This document shows positions 60,320 to 64,000 of a stretch of DNA of 64,000 nt, in pieces. Each line of letters starts with the position of its first letter. Within the stretch, counting starts at the first letter, position 1. A model generated the notes under the pieces. The model saw only the letters and a program-made list of their open reading frames with translations. It ran no database searches and was not told the DNA's origin. The DNA is from Takakia lepidozioides. Its lineage: Eukaryota; Plantae; Bryophyta. Both the position numbers and the translations under genes were made by a program. Location of the stretch: positions 61,876,001-61,940,000 of the forward strand of contig CM060732.1 in assembly GCA_030704615.1 (NCBI GenBank), written 5' to 3'.

Positions 60320-63300
60320 TTGCCTTTGATAAAGTTGTCAAAGACTTTTCGGTCATTTGCATCAAGTACATATGTGTTTGACTTGACATTGTACTTTAAA
60401 TATGCTAACGCGATAATGGAATCCAAATCAACCATCATGTTATCCGTCAAATCGTATAGACCCCTCCTCGAATTTTTGGTAGCATGCTAACCCAATCTCC
60501 ATATGAGAAGGACGCTCCAATAAATCAACAGAATCCCTACATTCTACAAACCGCTTATTGATTTCTTCCGCATTCTTTGAACCCTGCCCAAATACCAAGT
60601 GCCTTTGGTTGCTCCTCTGCAGGTTTTCCCTGGTCTGCCTTTCCTGTTTGTAGTTTGGATTGTAGTCTCCTCATCAACAAAAAATACAGCACAATCCGAA
60701 CCCAATCCCAAGCTCGTGGCTTTGTTGCTGGTACTTGGTTTGTTTTCTCGGCAAAACAACATCGATGCACTTCTTACTCGTGTCAATCTATCCTTGGATA
60801 GAGTAGGGGTTGCCATTGAGTTGGCTAACCAAAGTGCTTTTGAATATGGTCTTCCCGTCTACTTTGACAAATGGAACCACCGCCTTCGGTCCATCTTTCT
60901 TGTTCGAACTCATCAATGACAGCATCCAGAGTATGTCTCAATTCACTTTGAATAAGTACCTCTTCCGCATGATCATCCAAAGGTTGGCTCAGAACATCCT
61001 CCATTGAATTCGAAGGCCCGCACACCAATTCATCTTCCACGACCTCATTTTGAATATGTGTGTCTGCATTAAGAGGACAAATAGAATCTATGGCATCGAC
61101 ATCATCACCCTCCTCTTCCATGCTTTTGAATAGCTCGGCCTCCATTTGTCTCTCAATTGTCCATGGCTCATTCCACCAATCCAAGTTTGTCACTTTGTTT
61201 GGTTTCATCCCAAGTTTATGGCATAAAAGTTGCGCTTCTAGAAATCCAGTTTTCAAAGCCTCCACAATGCAATCATCCGATTGGACAGTAGAAAAGTCGG
61301 ACAAATCAGCAAGGGGGATACTTGGCTTCTTCTCCAAAGAAAACCAAGTGTGTTCTTGTTTCTTGTGAGCTCTTGAGAACTTGGGTCCTTTTGGATTCAC
61401 CTCGAACTCGGATATGCGTGTTAATGCTCCCGCACTCTCAATCAAATCACACCCGTCATATGTCCTCTCATTCCGTAACATACCTCCCACTTTGCTGAAG
61501 AATATTTCACACACATCTGAACCAACAAGGCTCAAAGGAACTTGCACATGATTAAACTTATCCTTGAACAATTTGATAAGTAGAACCACGTAGTGGCATG
61601 AAATTTGTAAATCCAAGTATGCTTCCCTGCTAATGAAGAAGGATTTCAGATTATACACCTCGTGGTGGAATAACCACAACTTCCACAATCTGAAAAAAAA
61701 AAACGATACCTTCGCAGCAGATTGTACCCTCTCACACAATGACATGTGAGGAGACCAAAAAAATGTCGATGTAGCATGAAATGATGTATAGGTAAATTTC
61801 AGTACCTTTGGTCCTCTCCCTTCGATGATTCACAGTTGATTGTAACTCCCTCAAACAAGCTTGCACCTTCCGAGATGCCAGTCGTTGAGCTGCTGCCCAA
61901 TTCTGTCGATCTTCTCTTTTGATATCACATTCCCGAAGTCCATGCTTGTCCACTGAAAATGAATGGTAGACCAATAACACATGATTCAATGTAGCAACCT
62001 CATCACCCAACACCAAAGTCCGTGATGCACTGTCCAAGGGATTTACCAATTTTTTCCCATTGTGGATGAAGTCCTGATCATGGAGTCCGTATATATCTCC
62101 CCCGTTGCACACTCGACCTGTAAACAACCATCCTTCCCAAGGGATGCAAAGTCTACTTCCAGCCCCATTGGCATAATCTTCTAACATCACTTTTCTCCTC
62201 CTACTATCTCCTCTGAAGCATGCCCAATTATAGGCCCAACCACGTCCCTCACATATTTGTCCCACAACTGTCTCACCACTTCCCATTGTGATCTCACAAA
62301 AAATTGTTGTCAAATCTATTGCAAGTGAGCTGGATTACCAATACCAATCGAGGTAATCGTACATGTAGAGGATTTGCTATCAACACTCTGGCGTAATGGG
62401 CAACCACATTGTTTTGAATGCCTCCACAATATGTTCGTACCCTGATTCCCCTTCTCCCACTTGCACCACAAAAATTTGAAATACATACATGGTTGTCTTG
62501 AAGCCCACAGAACCCGAGAAGGGTGTCATCCCTAGCAATCCAACGTACCAATCGCTTCACAACAGTTTCATCTTCGGCCACCATCACTAGGATGCTTCCC
62601 ATTGGAATATTTGCATCTTCCATCACATCTCTGTAAATTCCAGCCACATGCTGAGATATATCATCCCTTTCTCCCGCTCTGTACTTCAAACCTTTCCTCA
62701 AAGACCGTCTTGTAGTATCAATAGAAGGACCCCCCACATTTGAAGCCAAAAAATGATGCAATCTCGGACCCCCCCAAAGCTGCACAGTCTCAAACATTGT
62801 TTTTGTGCTAGTACCATACCTCTTCCCTTGTGGAGACCTGTCAATATTCTTGCCCATATCAACAAGAAAATCCCACAAACTTTCTTTTCCTTCAAAATCC
62901 CCCCTCCTATGTGCATCAACAATATCACGACAAAATTTGAGAACATCTCCTCTTTCAATTGCCTCAATCCCAGACTCCTTCAAACTCCTACATCGCACAG
63001 AACAGGATGCCACTTTGGTCTTGGCCTCCCACAATTTGAACCTCAACTGTCTCAACTCCTGTCTGTTTTTGTAAACTTGTTTGACAATCTCGGCATTTCC
63101 AAGATATGACAACCTTCTTCCCTTGCCAGTATCTCTCTCCCCTCTACATTCCATGGCACCTCTTTCTCTATATACCCTCATTCGGCTCGACATACCACTT
63201 CTTTCCTCCCTTGCTATCTTGAAGGAATGGTTTCAGACTTATTCTCTGCTGGTTGTACTCCCACCATTCATCCCATAGGCCCCAACACAACTGTCTCTTC

Positions 63301-64000
63301 CTTTGTTGCATTGGGACCTTTGCTGTGATTGTCAATCCTCGATCAGATCTGCCCATTGGGCAGCGTCAACACAAGTGTATGGAGTTTGTGACGAGGATGC
63401 TCCCATTGTTGATGCCACAATTGGATTGTCAAGTGGTGGGGACGGCAACACAGGTTGACTGACCAAGAAAGAGCTTAGATCCCGTTGCTTTACATCTTTG
63501 GCAATCATAGGCTTTGGAGGCCTTCCTCTCTTTTTGCACAGTCCTTCACTACTTCCAACCTTCTGGCAAATCTCTGCATCGACATGAGTTTTTCCTTTCA
63601 CATGCTCTGTCAAAGAAGATTGCAAAGAACCTGTCCTTGGAAACAAGAGTAGCCACTTCGAATCAAGTGGGCACCTAATCCTTATGGAACCCAACTGCGA
63701 ATAGTCTCCAATTGTGGCTTCCACAATCTTAAATCTGTTTCCAGGATTGTCCTCTCAAAACCGAGCGACTTCCTAATGCCTCCTTCACCCTGTTCTTCTT
63801 TGCATCAAATGCTTCATCTGCATTTACAGGGCTGATGACACATTGTGATGAGCCCTTCCCATGACGCCTCTCATAGGCTATGCGATGCCCCTCACTCCTC
63901 AAATGAGATCTCATAAAGTTTGCACATGCATCATATGGTTTATTTTTCCCAGACCCTGCATAAACATCCTCACACTCAACACACCATATGTGGAATTGTT
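60320..64000 (-). mobile_element. P-element/THAP9-like DDE transposase with N-terminal zinc-finger-like motifs; frameshifted; continues beyond the window
   Basis: VAEDET; IGHAS-E/D-GDSRRR; DQDFIHNGKKLVN; DRQN..AAQRL; GTEIYL; GSDVCEIFFS, in the order and spacing typical of P-superfamily cores. Confidence 0.65.

Overview
Nuclear DNA of a land plant, probably a non-seed plant such as a bryophyte (inferred from very homogeneous PLS-DYW PPR genes and a Tcn1-like chromovirus). Only two genes look intact: an inverted pair of PLS-E-DYW C-to-U RNA-editing factors (6.8-9.8 kb +, 11.8-15.0 kb -). The rest is mostly nested, decayed transposons. Three of the relics carry DNA-modification-type domains. (1) A Mutator-like (GCM/WRKY-DDE-SWIM) DNA transposon carries an intron-containing gene fusing a ParB/Srx-like domain to a bacterial-type beta-class amino-(N6A/N4C) methyltransferase fold, plus a phased array of 20-bp palindromes. 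(2) A Ty3/Gypsy retrotransposon has a complete C5-cytosine methyltransferase between protease and RT and a PHD finger at the integrase C-terminus. (3) An AT-rich 2OG-Fe(II) dioxygenase relic, possibly TET/JBP-like, is interrupted by the MULE. The 23-59 kb region appears scrambled by several overlapping inversions. These can be traced by hand from target-site duplications now found in inverted orientation (CACTA ACA; hAT CTTGCTGC) and from split reading frames. Also present: a hAT element with hairpin arrays, a chromovirus with a neighbouring antisense RING-H2 gene and a solo LTR, a P-element-like transposase, two tRNA-derived SINEs, a ~120-bp satellite and a caspase-fold pseudogene. All family calls come from reading motifs by eye; no database search was run.
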